From contig NOWV01000194.1 in the NCBI GenBank assembly GCA_003344405.1, positions 62,001 to 126,000 of the forward strand: DNA of 64,000 nt, given 5' to 3'. The DNA comes from Trichoplax sp. H2. Lineage: Eukaryota. The notes beneath the pieces were generated by a model, which did not search any database, was not told the origin of the DNA, and saw nothing but the letters and a program-made list of their open reading frames with translations. Numbering within the stretch: the stretch's first letter is position 1; each line of letters starts with the position of its first letter. A program made the position numbers and the translations under genes. This document shows positions 1 to 14,699 of the stretch, in pieces.

Positions 1-147
1 GTATCTATAGTTCCAGCAGTAATTCCGTTTAATCATAGGGTAATATTGAAGAACCATGATTAATATGCTCCAGATAGGCTCAAGACAAAAAACGGCATAC
101 AGTACACAAATAGTAAGAGTGGAAAGTAGAAACTTAAAGTTGTTCAT
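1..147 (-). CDS. Possible 5' end of a gene running off the left edge (hydrophobic, signal-peptide-like N-terminus)
   Basis: ATG at 147 opens MNNFKFLLSTLTICVLYAVFCLEPIWSILIMVLQYYPMIKRNYCWNYRY with no stop before position 1. No family recognised; could be chance. Confidence 0.2.
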   Translation of the reverse strand, partial: MNNFKFLLSTLTICVLYAVFCLEPIWSILIMVLQYYPMIKRNYCWNYRY

Positions 148-3100
148 AAACTTTCATGTATAGGTAATTGCAGCGTCTACGTGAAGTGCTAGTTTTGCAT
201 CATACACTTAGGTGTGGATTGCAATTCTTTTTTTGGCTAAACATAAAATCAAGCATGAATATCAAAGAAGTAGGAAACTACTCTATTTAAATAGTCTACA
301 CAGCACTGCCATAGTGGTTAGATAGACAACGCATGATATCTACAGCCACTACTACATTAATAATTACAAATTACCGTAGTACAATCGACTAGGTATTGCC
401 TATTTAAACTCTTATTCATCACTACAATCTATATAATTTCGTGTATCCTTAATCAGAAGATCCATAGATAAAACCAGCGATTGAAATAGAGAACGCTTGA
501 GAAAGATAATTTGAAAGATAGATTACTATAAATTGTTGTATTGGTATAGACATCCTACCCCATGAAATGGTCAATGTTAGTAAATCTATTGCCCAATTTT
601 GGCTAAGACTAACATCGCAAGGTTAATTTATAAGGTGTGGTAAAGACCTTATTCAGGCTTTGACGATATAGAAATTAACTTGTAAAATTTGCTGAAGGAG
701 CAATCTGTAGATACAATGAAAACTCCAATTTTGTTACATTCTTAAAATCAATTTACTGCAGCAGATATGCAGCTAATTGCAAGGTGTGACCGCCTCACAA
801 CATGATCAATATATTGTCCTTTCCATGTAATCATGTTGTGCCTTCTGGATACTCTGTTCGATTAGTTCACGGTATCGTGATCTACGAATATGATGGGTGG
901 TTGCTATTGTCGACATGATTAAATTAGATTTAATGTAATTTATTAGAGTTTTCCATAGAAACTTAAACACTTCCATCCGAAGCAACTCTTTCGAATTCTT
1001 TTGGCTTAATGTTACTGATGCACTAGTCCACAGTCAGTGCTCACACATTTGTTATACATCCACTTATTCCATATCCTATGAGTATTTGCGTCGTTGCACA
1101 GATTTAATGCAATAAATAGTATAATCATTTTGTTGCAGTTTATCCATCATTGCAGATATATTGATCATCATAGAATACTGTACAGTACGCACATTTACTG
1201 GCAATGACTTGTTGTAATTACTGCAGCGCTATTTTAAACATGCTGTGTAAGTATCATAAATTTATTCAGTGCAATCAAAATAGTACTAAGGTTGCACATG
1301 AGGATCAGCGACTGCACATTGTACAATCTCAAAGAAGTAGATCATGCCTCGAACTATCCCTCTCCTAACGCCAATAATGACAAATAAAGGTACTCGTATT
1401 ACCAAAAACAGTGAATGGGATTATGACTAAATGTGCATAGAGATCATTCTAGTCATATACCTGATAAAAAAAAATAAAAAGTTATACCTTTGGTTGAGGA
1501 ATATGAATCGATGCATTAAAAGATACTTAGTACTCGCACGGTAAATTGCAAACATCGTACAGTATAGCCATTAGATAACGTTACAAATGTTCCTTTAAGT
1601 GTACAATAGCTCAATTGCTTTCCTGCGATTGTTGTTATAATATTTTAAGCATAAACATGCCGGCATCAGTACAGTACTTGCAAAAGCACGCTTACAGGTG
1701 CAGCGTGGTGTTCTATACTCTTATTGTATTACAACATTCAACAAGTATGATTGAACTGGCAATAAAGACAAGCTACAGTATAACAATCCATATTGAAAGC
1801 ATTAGAGCAACGCATAGGAAAAAAAGAAGAATACAGTCATAGACCTAGAAAATTGTTGATAGTGGAATTTCATGTACAACAAATTGATCCCCAAAAAAGA
1901 TAATCCCAAATAACTTTGTAGTTTAGTTCTAATTAAATATCCTACTAGCAGATTAGTAGCATAATAAATTAGCTCAGAAGCTTATAGTTATCCAAATAAT
2001 CTTATTTTGTCACGTTAGTCAGCATGTACAGTGCAGTAATATATACATGATAAGTTCAATCTACGAGTTCTATGATAGGCCTCAAAACTACCGGTACTCG
2101 TCGACGATGTCATTACCTAGTTATTAAAATTAGCATTGGTCATGCTACTAACTGTAAATCATTAACCAGATTAGCTACATAATAAATTGGTTCTAAATGC
2201 TGTAGTCCACTATGTAAATACATCAGAATACAGTATTACCTTATTACTACAATTAATATTCCCAAATTAGGGTATTAAATTTATACTTTAAACAGTGCTT
2301 TAAGCCGTAATAAGAATCTACAAGTACGATGGAATGTTATCAAGATAAGTATTTATGCCTTGGCAATAACTATCCAGTGATTGTTATTCAATAGCTACTA
2401 ATTTAATACGTAGTCTAAAAGATATGCGCGTACAAATTCTGAGAGCGTTTGTTCCTTTTATTTTGCACGATGTACTTATGCGTATCCAACACCTGACTTA
2501 AATAATTACAAATATAAGAAATAGTTAATTTGCGTATCTGCCGTAGAAGCTCTAAAAGCTAGGGACTTCCATCTACCGTGGTACAGCACTGTACACTGTA
2601 CAGTCTGTACTACGAACCTTACGAATCTTATGTAAGATATTTACTTACTGAATGTAAATAAACAGTGTATGATCGTATAAACAGTATCAAGATCAGAGTC
2701 TTCAAACTAGTACTGTACTGACTACTCGTACTATATAATATCAGACCAAAACTATGCAACTCTAGCACAGCCTGTTACTTGTTCACTGCCTGGCAGAATA
2801 GATTGCCATATAAGCATTCAATTAACATATAGTCATTCACCTTGCATACACCGTAAAATAAAAACCCGGCAGGGGTGCAATTGCTTGTGACTGTGCGTGC
2901 ATAATTAGACTCAAAAGATAACTGCAATGATTCTATTAGCTACCACCAGGGTCACTTTAGTACCGTATAGGTATAAATGAATTGTGGAGAAGAGCTAGAA
3001 ATGGTCGAAAATTGTTGACAACTTTCATTGATTCTATTCTGCAACTTTAAATCGACCGTGACTAAGGAAGTTGTACGTAATCCAAAATGTCGCAGCCTAA

Positions 3101-3584
3101 ATTTGATCTACGTACATAGTACGCTCTATTAACTTAAGATGTATGAAAGCTCGCTTCCTGAGCCAAGTCGGCATGTGCAGATATCGACTATCAAAGTCGA
3201 CGTAATGTGTCGATCAGCAGGTGTTTGCTTAACTTGAACAAAAATTACAAAAATGTGCCGTGCATATTATATCATTGAAAGCGCGACTTAGAAAAATATT
3301 CGTCATTCAGTCTAAAACTCAATAGCCAACATCAACATTGCAAAGACTTGATCAATTATAATCTATAGAGTAAGGACATAGCACAATTTGAAAATATTTA
3401 TACTCTAATTGAAAAAGTACAGTATTAGCTGAAATGGTGAATACTGTGCAGTAGTAAGAACACATTCTGTCGTTTTGCCATGTGCGATTATGTGATAAGG
3501 ATATCATTTCATAATTTTAAATCTTAATTAAAAAATATTCACTGTGTATAACGAATACGTCATGATTATATCATCCGCAAGGCG

Positions 3585-3612
3585 TATATATATATATATT
3601 ATATATATATAT
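3585..3612. repeat. (TA)n microsatellite, interrupted
   Basis: tatatatatatatatt atatatatatat read directly. Confidence 0.85.
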
Positions 3613-4611
3613 ATTCCCATATATTATATATCATGATAACCTGACAATACAGCATTAGAAGCGTGAAATCGTAAGCATAATGCTACAGCAGTTTACCTCT
3701 CAATATTGTAGAATAAAAATATAGTATGTATGGTTGCATCGTTGTATTGCACTTTTACATGTATTTTACTGTATTGGGTGTTTGATTGAATTAGCTCGAC
3801 ATAGACCGAAACTAAAGCTATGCAAAGTCCTCACTTTTTTTTTGTAGGCCTTCTAAAAGTAAAGATATGAGCGTTAAATATCAAAGGCTTTGCATAAATG
3901 GCGTTTGCTTACCGTCCCTAGTCATTAGAACAGCACATTATTCATCATCCATTGATTGCCTTTCAACATCAAGATACTATGACCGAAATGGGAATAACTG
4001 AACAAATACTACGAGCAAGGCTGGCGATGATGGTTGATCCTATGGCAGCCGTGTTGGTGTCAATTTGATATAGAGTCAGCGCAACATGGGATAAGACAGT
4101 AGTTCAAATAATTGCTATCACCACAGGCAGAAAAAATAACTTGGATCGGATGAACAGTGACAGCAAACAAAATATCAATTCTAAATTTAGAAATGCAAAA
4201 AAAACGTAGACTGTGGTCATAAGTCAATCATCGCTTTACAGTAAAATAATGGAATGACTGGGATCTAAATAATTGACACCGCAGTATCATGTGCATTTGA
4301 TAACTTGTATTTAGAATTGCATGAAATTAACGCTTGATGACATAAAATAACAAAGTAGATTGTACACTTTAGCAAGGTGTACAATGTACAACTTGGATTC
4401 TTTGAATTTTAATCATTTTGCTTTATTTTGGGGGCTATTTAATGAATTACTATTGGTATCGACCGCCTAGCTCTTCAGCAGTGAAGCTCAACTGTGTAAT
4501 GATCCATATCTCCATTTTCTCATCATTTAAAGTACATGATTTGCTGGCCTAGCCTCTATTGAAAATGCAAATCATTTTTTTCCAATGGAAGAATACATTC
4601 TATCCTAATTT

Positions 4612-5030
4612 CACCTTTTTTTTTCTTTCCTCTCTCAGTATGTTTCTTTCTCTCTCTCTCTCTCTCTTTCCTCTACCTCATGCTAAGATTTGGCTGTTAT
4701 CAGCAATATGTTGATATTCTTTGGTGGACAGTGTGTATGACCAGGGCAACCTTTCCACTGACCGGTGTGTATCGGTTGGCAAGGATTGGATCGATAGGAA
4801 TAATACTGTTGACTAATTATTGTAGTTGCTTTTGAAAGCAATGAATGAGGGATGGAGTATTCTCCTCAATAGTAACAATAATAATATGATTATTCTACTT
4901 TGCCATCAGCAATGAAATAGGAATTTTTATTCTCTCTTGCTATTGATTTCGGTGGACACTAGTGGATCGACCACGTCATGGCCATTTTTTTTTTCTCTCT
5001 CTCTCTTTCTTCCTTTCTTTCTTTCTTTGA
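4612..5030. repeat. Two polypyrimidine/(CT)n tracts (~4612-4675 and ~4984-5028)
   Basis: tctctctctctctctct and ttttttctctctctctctttcttcctttctttc read directly. Confidence 0.75.
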
Positions 5031-8000
5031 ATGGTCAATCCAATGACGGACGACTGTAGTGTGTCATGTTGCATGCAACACGTAACACGACGTGTCGTAC
5101 GGTACTGGGATGTGTTTCCACGTCGATCGATTTATTGCCACTATCCAATAAGCAAGTTGGACTAACAAAGACGAGCTCAAGACAATGCATTGACATTGAA
5201 TAGGCAATGAATAGGTCAGTGAATGATACCAGCCAGTCATCCCGAGCGATCGTGTTGACCCGGGCTGACTCAACTCTTGACTTGGCTAGGCATGACTGAC
5301 GCTCAATGGTACTGTACCATACTGTCAATGCAATTAACATCAATTATATCGGATGCAGTCATAATCAATCAACATCATTCCAATTAATTGTGAATAATAT
5401 GATGAACATTAGGCTGCTATTCAATTTTCTTCTATCCAACATGGAGAATGAATGGAATATGCAAAATACTTCTCTAATATCAATACGGTAAATTAAATCA
5501 AAGTGATTAGGATGGGCATCGATAACAGAACACTCCCTAGATCTCATCAAGGGATGAAAATTCACTTTTTTAATGGGTCCTTTCAGTCATTTTTAAATAA
5601 CGCCATGGAGACGGAAGACGATGGTCATCGATTGGATCATCGTCTACGATCTCGTTGCATGGCAATCATTGCATGCCCAATCTCTTGGACTGTTTTGATC
5701 GACGACGAGAGCAGAGGTCGAGAAAAAGTAATTATACTGACATCAAAAATAACAGGTGGTCCTTCATGGATAGATGAATGATTACAATAATAATAATAAT
5801 AATCATGCAACGAGATTCCACTCATTTCCAACGTCTCTACAGTACAGGACTACAATACAGTCCATCCACCATGAAAAAATGATCACATCCAGTTTAGGCT
5901 AACATGCACAAGATGACAGAAAATAAATGGACGAACTGACTATCAGTAGGACTATCTTCATCCTTGTTATCGTTGAAGGATAGACAACAAACGTGGACAG
6001 GATCGAGAAGGATGGATAGTTTAATTGAAAAAAAATTCTGGAATGGATGATAATCATCATGTGCTAATATGAACAATCAAATTCATATTAATTGCAGTCT
6101 TTCCATCAACGATTCATCATCTCTCTGTCATGACTACAATGTACGACCTTTCTTAGCCCAATCCCTTCTATTTGGATACAACAAAAAATTATGTAAATTC
6201 TAAATGATAGAATAAAGATAATGACAACTTGTCTCGCGGCATCTTTGCATGTTTACTCTTTTTCATACGTCTAACCTCGTCTCTACATGCTGTACAACAT
6301 TGTAATCCATCATCATGCCCGTCATAAATGGACACATTGAGTCACTCGTAGACTCATAAACTAGTTACACTGTATAACATCATCCACCTTTTTTTTTACC
6401 TATTCTACAACGATATCCACACTAATTTAAAATGAAATTTGTAGCCATCGATCGTTATACACACTAGTAATAATCTAATCGATCGCTTCAATGTAATTCA
6501 TTAAATAATCTACTCATTTCCCTTTAACGATGATGTTGATGTCACATGATTATCCTGCTGCTGTTCTTGTTGATCTTTATTGAAGAATGTGCCCCGCAGT
6601 ATTCTAAACCAATTAGCTAATGAATCTTTCCCTTAGTGAAACTATTACTTTTTAACCTTGATTCTATATGGATGTATTATTCATAGGAACATGGGGTAGT
6701 CCTACATAAAAATGATGACTGTGTACTCGAGACTAGAGACAGTTCCAACTTTATCATACATAGACAACATCTTCCTTCAAGAAAATGGAAAGAAAAAAAA
6801 AAATTGCTCTCCAACCTTATGCGATTGGGCGGGTTATGATCCAACGTCTGCAACGTATACTCATTGTAAGAAGGATAAATTTCATCTTTCTACCTGCACG
6901 TTTATTCATGGGATGCATTCACGTCGGTGTTTCTCCCATCTAATTTTATTTGCATCGTCATTAGTCATTAGTCAGGCTACAAAACATTAAACAAAATTGG
7001 TACGATGATGAATTAATTAGTCTTATTCTCTATCCAGGGAGATAGAGAAAATATTGACCACCTTTATTTTAATCTCCCTTGGTCTATAACGCACCTCCAC
7101 TAATTAAAATAATAGCATATCTTTACTGGGCAACCGGTATAATTTTGAGAACAAATAACTTTGATCAAATATCATTATTGGCATACAAAATACGTCAGTT
7201 ATTTCTTGAACAATAAAAATAGAATAGTAATTGTGTATTTATTCTGCTAAGGGAAGACCCAATCTGTCTACTCCATCGCCAACTTGATGGCCATCAATGA
7301 ATGATAAGAAGGCTGTGTTCTATCTCCAATCGGAAATAATCATAATAATAATAATGGATAATTAAATGCAGGTTAAAGTCATGTAAAATACAGCTGTAGA
7401 TGCAATCAATGGTCTTGCATATATCCAACTACTAAACTAAACAGGGAGGCAAGCATAACAAGGAAAAAAAATAAAAGTGTGCAAACATAAAAATGATTAG
7501 ATTCATTTATTACAAGTTAAAAATTAGAGGCCATGGTCTGCCCACTCGTCCTATGTTTACTAATTCTGTTTTGCAAATTCTTGCCAACATTCTGATCCTT
7601 GACGACACCACTATACAATTTTATAGGCACAGCTTGTGGCCAACAAGTTGTTCACTGCAGTTGTCCTCCATTAATTCATCTACCTTCATTCCTATCTACG
7701 TTTATCCTCGTCAATTCTTTGTAACATTGTTATATTTAGCCATTCATTTCAACACTTTACTTTCCTACCATTAACAACGTTACTTTTGATCAATGCAATA
7801 TGTACGTCAATTCATTTAGCTCAGGTAAAATAATAAATATAATTCATTGTGCCAATCTCCCTATACTATTGTGCTATCATATTGAGATATTTCTCTTAAT
7901 GGTATTTGATTCATTCAGTTTATTGCCATTTATCCAACTTTTGCATTAATACTATATATCAGCCTACTTAGCTCACTAAACAAGGCAGTCATTCATGGCT

Positions 8001-10429
8001 ACCCTTAAATTACATCCTATATTATAATTATTCAATTTCCATCATTCACGATGGGGTCTGTGAATGTTTTGCAGTAACCTATTTCGCTCAGTCAGATATT
8101 CATTCATGCCCATCTACACTCTATTATCCAATTCTGTTTTGACAGTTCCTCAACATTAATTCTTTCACATCGACCTGTTTTTATTGAATGCTATCCATTA
8201 ATCAATTAACCTTGGTTAAAATCGCTATTCATATTTTCATATACGATATTATTCGATTGCATTTTGATAGTTCCTTGTTAATATTTTCAATATTTTCATC
8301 TTTTCATTATTTAAACTATTTCGTAAAATGTTGCACATTAATCCTTGGCTCCGGTTAAGTAAACTAGTAATATTTAGGATATCGGACATCATACCGTTCT
8401 GAAACTATTGACTCTAGTACATATAATCCCCTCAATATTTTGCCCTTCATCGCTCCTTCAACTCGCTATGATTTAATTATTTCCCGTTTCTTTATCGGTA
8501 CCAAGCGTGAATCTCTCTCTCATCTACTGTAAATGGTGTAATTACTTCGCATATCCATCTACCTGATGTAATATTTGTTCCTTTCTTTTTACCGACATTA
8601 ATAATTATCAGAAATAATAAAAGAGACTGTACAGCAAAGGAGACAATGTTTTATTTCATTTGAGAAATTACAGTTTAGCGAACTGCTCTCCAGATAGCCT
8701 GACTACCATAGAATGTGAAATAATTAATCAAAATTACTTCTATCCTTATACATCATATCTTATACTGATCATGATCTCCAATTTTGGGGGAAGTGAAAGG
8801 GAGCAAATGGTGATGACAAATTAATAAAAAGGAATAGCGAAATACTAAATCATGACTCCTTAATTTATTTTTCCATCAAAATGATCATGGAAGAGCTATG
8901 CAAAAATGTCTACTGCAGCGCTTGCGGTACATTCAATGAGACCACCTACGCCTCTTCAGCACGACTCTGTGCTTTAATAATTTTTTAATTCATTCCATCC
9001 TTGCTATAATCGGCTTGTTAGTATCAGTGGGCCAACTTTAATATATGAAGACGTGGACGATTGCCAACTTTGACAGAAAGTGCAAATTTGTATGGAATCA
9101 GAGACATACCTACAGTATCTAATCACTGCTCTCTATGAAGTCGGTTAGACACCTCTAATGATAATTAATCAGAAAATCATGTTATCTCTAGGTACAAAGT
9201 ACTAATATCACATTATAATTAAAGAGTAAATGCCACATCTGCTGTGATACTCCTCCTCCTCCTTTTTAAAATAAGATAAAGACATATCGTATCCATTTCT
9301 TATTTCAAATAATATTAGTTATAAGTATTGAATTAAGGAATCTGTCTTCCATATAATATTTACCAACTTCTATCACTCAACGTTGGTCATGGTTACTACC
9401 ACCTGTCATTAAAACTAATTTTCCCCTTTTAGTTCTTATGGCCACTCATTCCAAAGAATTCATTCTCATCAATTTTATTCTCAATATATTATTAATATTC
9501 ATGTATTCATACCGGCCTGCTGCTGATCGAGCTATGATTGCTTGCTATCCGCTAATGGGCTGCTACCAACACGACTGCCACAGTATGTTGTTATTTCATC
9601 GCTATAGTGTTCGGTCTGTTCACTGTCAATAGAATCATTTTTATTTTGTTACTGGAAATTCCCTTGTGGTAATCATTTCTTTGCCCTTCCAATCATCATA
9701 CACCCATTCATTTTATCCGACTTTGATAGCTGAATATTAATTTATTAATGACGCTTCCTATTTATTTTGTCAGCATTAATCATGTTATATGTACCTACCG
9801 CATATTAATACCGATGATTTTAAATTAGTAACTGAAATACATCAAGACTGGATACTACTCGATATCAGTTTGCCAACTGCATTCACAACGAATAGGATAA
9901 GTTAACATGCGTAACATCATTAATTAATATGTACGTCTATTTGCATCGTGTCAGCTTTGAGTGAATAAATAAATAAATATTATTCTATCTTATAAATCCA
10001 ATATTTAAATGCCGGAGATCTTCAACTACATCAGTTCTAGATACAAAGGAATGAGTACTGATTGAATACAGGTCAGAGATCATTATTTAAAATCTCTCTA
10101 AATTCTTCTCAGTGCTTCAGAAATATAATATCGTAGCGACGCTTTGAATTAAGAATAGTGCCGATTTTAATGGCAAAATTTTCTTCCATATCTTTCTCCA
10201 TATACTGTATATTTATTTCTCGATTTATTTATACTATTATAGCGTATATGTAGACTATAAAGTATAGTAGGAAATATCTGCGCGTATCTTATAAGCTAAA
10301 AGAGAATCAAATTTATTTTGTACAATAACAGGCTTAAAGAATGCACTTTTAAATACGTAGATATTAGTTTAAATATCAAATGCAAAGATGACTCAGGAAA
10401 AATAAGCATGGCAATAAACTAAATATTCG

Positions 10430-10990
10430 CATTATATAATGGTATATCATATAAAATCTTACTATTACTATAGTGTCTATAACTTTTATGTTATCTTTTC
10501 TAGCCATACTCTTATTGATATAATTTCATTAAAATAGCTACCCTGGGTATACGTCAAAATTTTGCATATGCATGCTTCAATGTATTAAATATTATGCAAC
10601 AATATGGTATGCAATTCTAATATTACAATAAGACATGAAGAGTTTATATTTTAAGAGGAATTTACATTTATTGTCAATAATTTTTAATTCTATCCAACCA
10701 CGCTTATACTGTCAATAAACTAAATCATATAGAATAATGAATATGATATACTCCTAATATTACAACCCAATTTCAATGGTTTCACTATTTAATTCTTTCC
10801 AATTATGATTCCACTATCCATAGACTAAATCTTATACACCAGAATCGCTTAAAATCATAATATTACTACTTACGACTTTATACGTCAAAACTTGGCGTAA
10901 CACTTTTATGCAAGCTGCCAAGAATCATTTTTACCATTTAAACACCGATATGGTGCAATTCTAGTATTACTATAGGATATTAAGGGCTTC
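10430..10990. repeat. Diverged local tandem duplication (~330-bp offset)
   Basis: atacgtcaaaattttgc (~10548) vs atacgtcaaaacttggc (~10880); atatggtatgcaattctaatattac (~10602) vs atatggtgcaattctagtattac (~10948). Confidence 0.6.
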
Positions 10991-12569
10991 TTTCTTGCTC
11001 TCTAATCATGCTTTTAGTAGCAAAATTTTATCAACTATCTTTTGTATCAAAACTTAGTAAAACAATATTATACATATTATCTACGCAATAACTATAATCA
11101 TACTTCTAGTAAAAGGATTGCAGTAAAATCTCTACTTCTCCATATCCAAACAGAATGGTAATTTTACACAGTAGTAGTCTTTTGAAAGCTTGTCAATGCA
11201 AACATGGATACAATATATATTCTATCTCCCAGTATAGTATCAACTTGCTGTAATTATTGAATAAATGTAATTATAATTATTATGATAAGATCATAATACT
11301 GTAGCTACATTATAGTCCATGACATAGTCGTGGAATGCGGAAAGTACATGTACTATGTCACTGCACAGCATTGCCAATTCATATGTGGCACCGACGTCAT
11401 ACGAAATAAAATATAAATAGAACTTTCTCAATTGTTCATGGAGTTTGCTAAATCTATGATCAGAAATCCTTTTGCTAACTTAATGGAATACACGATTTGC
11501 TCATACATTATATCTGTTACATATTTGCATACCGATATATTAAAACAAAAAATGGCACAAATTAAGCATGAACTTATAAATTTTCCCGTGTATAATATTC
11601 GGACTTAGCAAATACAGTTGTATTTTAAAAGGTGTCTATACTGTACAGCTATATTATGAACTCACGTACCATTATATAAATTTAAAGTGGAAAACAGATT
11701 ATAACATCTTTTGATAGACTTTGCCATGTAGCTAATGGGGTGCCCTTTTTACAGAATGCAATAAAAGTACGCAAAGATGCTCCATCAGGGAAAATTGCAT
11801 CACGCGCTCATACTATATCGATATATTTGATATCAAAGTACAAATATAAGAAATAACTCATACTGTGCAAAATATTATGCCACAAGCCTTCATGCTATGA
11901 AATCTAAGAAAAGGTAATTATAATCTATTAGTACCGGCTTATCATAGTTCGACATATCGATATGTTAATATAAGAAGATACCACCGACAACTTTTCTAGC
12001 ATAGTTTGTAGATAACATCGAGTCAATACTAACAGAGAGTATATCAACTTTTAATGTACAGAAGATAGTGATCGTAATAATCTTACCAAGCTTAAAACAC
12101 TGCAACGATGAGATTAGCCAAACTCATCGTGTATTTGTATACGGTGATGACCATTTTAACCATACTAGCAATGACGCCCTGATTGCATATTCTAATTTAA
12201 ATCTTAACAGCTATAACTACATTCCGGTATAATTAGACCCGTAGGAGTGTCTCTATATCATTACTTATAATATCATCTATTTTTGTACCTACTGGTACGT
12301 GACGCCAGTAGATTTAATGCTATCTCAACCTAACTAGTACTAATATTGCTGATCGCAAACTTAGCTTTAATAAAATTGCTATATGAGACGGTAATGGGAA
12401 GAAAAATTACGTTGATTGATATTTCAAGAACACCTTTTTAAGAGTAAAATTATAGTGTCATAACTTTATCGCTTTCCTTCAGTTTTCTATCAGCCAAATA
12501 TAAATTTCATTATTGTAACAGAAGCAGCTATCCATATGAGGTGAATGGGCATTATAACAATGATTTTCA

Positions 12570-13350
12570 GGAGAAAAGTTAAATGATACGGTAATCATTT
12601 TATTGCATTTAGAAAGCTTTTAACATGAGAATAAATATCACGAGTATGGTAAATAGTAAATAGTAAGCATATATACATGATGGGGCATTGATTGATTTTT
12701 TACGGATAAAAATGGAACGAGGAAGATTATATTGTATTCCTCGGGTCTTTTAGCCGCGGATAAATGTCATCAATAATATAAAAGCAAGCATCTTTCCTCA
12801 TAATTCCTTAATGATGAATTTTTTAGGAGTACGATAGAATTGGAAGTAAAACGAAAGAAAATAATTTATCAGACTCCCAAGTTTTCTACTATGTAATAAA
12901 TATCATCGATATAGATCTCGTATTAAAAATATGTATATACCTATATATGATAGATAATCGACTGATTTCTCAGTGTAATGTTAAAAGATTAAGAATGACA
13001 AGGAAATGATGTTATTGCATTCCACAAGTTTTCTACTAATGGACAAATATTCGATTTCATCAATATAGTAAAAAATGAATGTGTATATGCATCATAGATC
13101 AGTGATTGATTTCGTTAAGCGTAAAATAAAATGATAAGGAAATAAACTTATTGCATTTCTTAAATTCTCTATCGGGAATAATTATATTATTAAGGAAAAA
13201 ATAGCCTTCCATATTATGATGGTTTTGAAATTCAACTGAATAGAATAGTGATCTATGATAATGTCTCGATTAAACCCTAAATTATAACATTCCTTAAATT
13301 TTCTAACAAAGAAGAAATTGCACTATTAAGGTAAATGTAACCGGTCCAAT
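12570..13350. repeat. Degenerate ~135-bp tandem repeat, ~6 units
   Basis: Recurring ttattgcattcc..aagttttctacta-like motif at ~12600, 12729, 12866, 13012, 13148 and 13282. Confidence 0.6.
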
Positions 13351-14699
13351 CATGATGGACTTTAAATTAAGTTGAATTTTGAATAGAGTGATTAACTATT
13401 GAGTGGGATTCTTGAACTATGCGTTGATATAATGTCGAAATACCATGGTCAATATGAATTACATTGATTACTGATGCAGTACTTTTTCCATCTCAATCAT
13501 TTTCTAACTACTACCTAAAGTAAGTTCCCACGAACTGCTATCTCTAGCACATTCCAAGACTGCATTTCTTATTATAAAAGATACTGTATCCTTTCATTAT
13601 GAAAGTCGTTTTAGACAACAATAATTGCTCACAGTTCCAAATCGAAAAATATCCTATCAATTTTTTTCAACTGCTAACAATATGCCCTAACCGATAATAA
13701 CACTATGTTCCCATTCAATTAGACATTAGTCGGCACATCAGTAGCTACTAACATTACTGTTATATCATTGTAGCTGCAGTATTTACTGCTGTATTAATAG
13801 AATCCAGCCTCGTTAACCAATTACTGTGCAAAGTGAAAACAGAGAAGAATTAGCTCTAATAAGTAACACGAATAATGACTTTGCATCGTCATTCTATTCC
13901 ATACAATACTCTATCTTCTAAGGCATTCCACTGCTATTATGTCATGGACGACAATAGTGAATACAACTTAATGCATATTTACAAGCTTAGCTGAAACAAT
14001 ATGATAACTCTAACCTCAAGTCATAAATAGAAAGGGATTGTTAATATTAATGATATTTTATTGTATCTAGCAACCGCATTGTTGTGATCTGCTTCTATCA
14101 ACGCCTTTGCTTAGTCAACACCAAACAATTGAGCGGCTTAACTTAGGCCAATCTCATATTAAATTATGAAGCTAAATCCTATAGGATAAAATTTATGATA
14201 CACATATACATTAGATAGATACGAATTTTTCATCACTGCCACGAGGCGACGAGAAAATAGATAGCTAAGAACGGCATATCGCCCTGATGATTGTGCCAAA
14301 TCTTAGCATAGCTTATACCGCTGCGGTTAGGGCATTCTAATAATCGTTGATCAATCAGGAAATAAAATAAAATTTTTGAGCAAAGTCCTACTAACTCTAG
14401 ACCTTGGCATAGTTAACTCTACTACTGATTCTACTTTAGTAGACAATTGATATCATTAAAAATTGCTTTTCCTGTTAGCTTTAGTTTTGAACAGCAGGGT
14501 AAAGGGAAGGGACAGGATAATAATATATATGAGCATTGACTACATAATAGCTAATTCATTCGCCCAAGTTATAATACTGAAAACAGAACATCAAAGCAGC
14601 TCATAGTTACTATGAGTACTTAAAAGTAAATTAAAAATATAGGAAAAAGCTTGCTTCTAGAAAGTAACTCATAAGCCATAAGCTATCACTAAGTAGTAT

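Noticed and set aside
1615..9632. Short ORFs in the first 10 kb
   Set aside because: No recognisable domains or exon chains; lengths expected by chance
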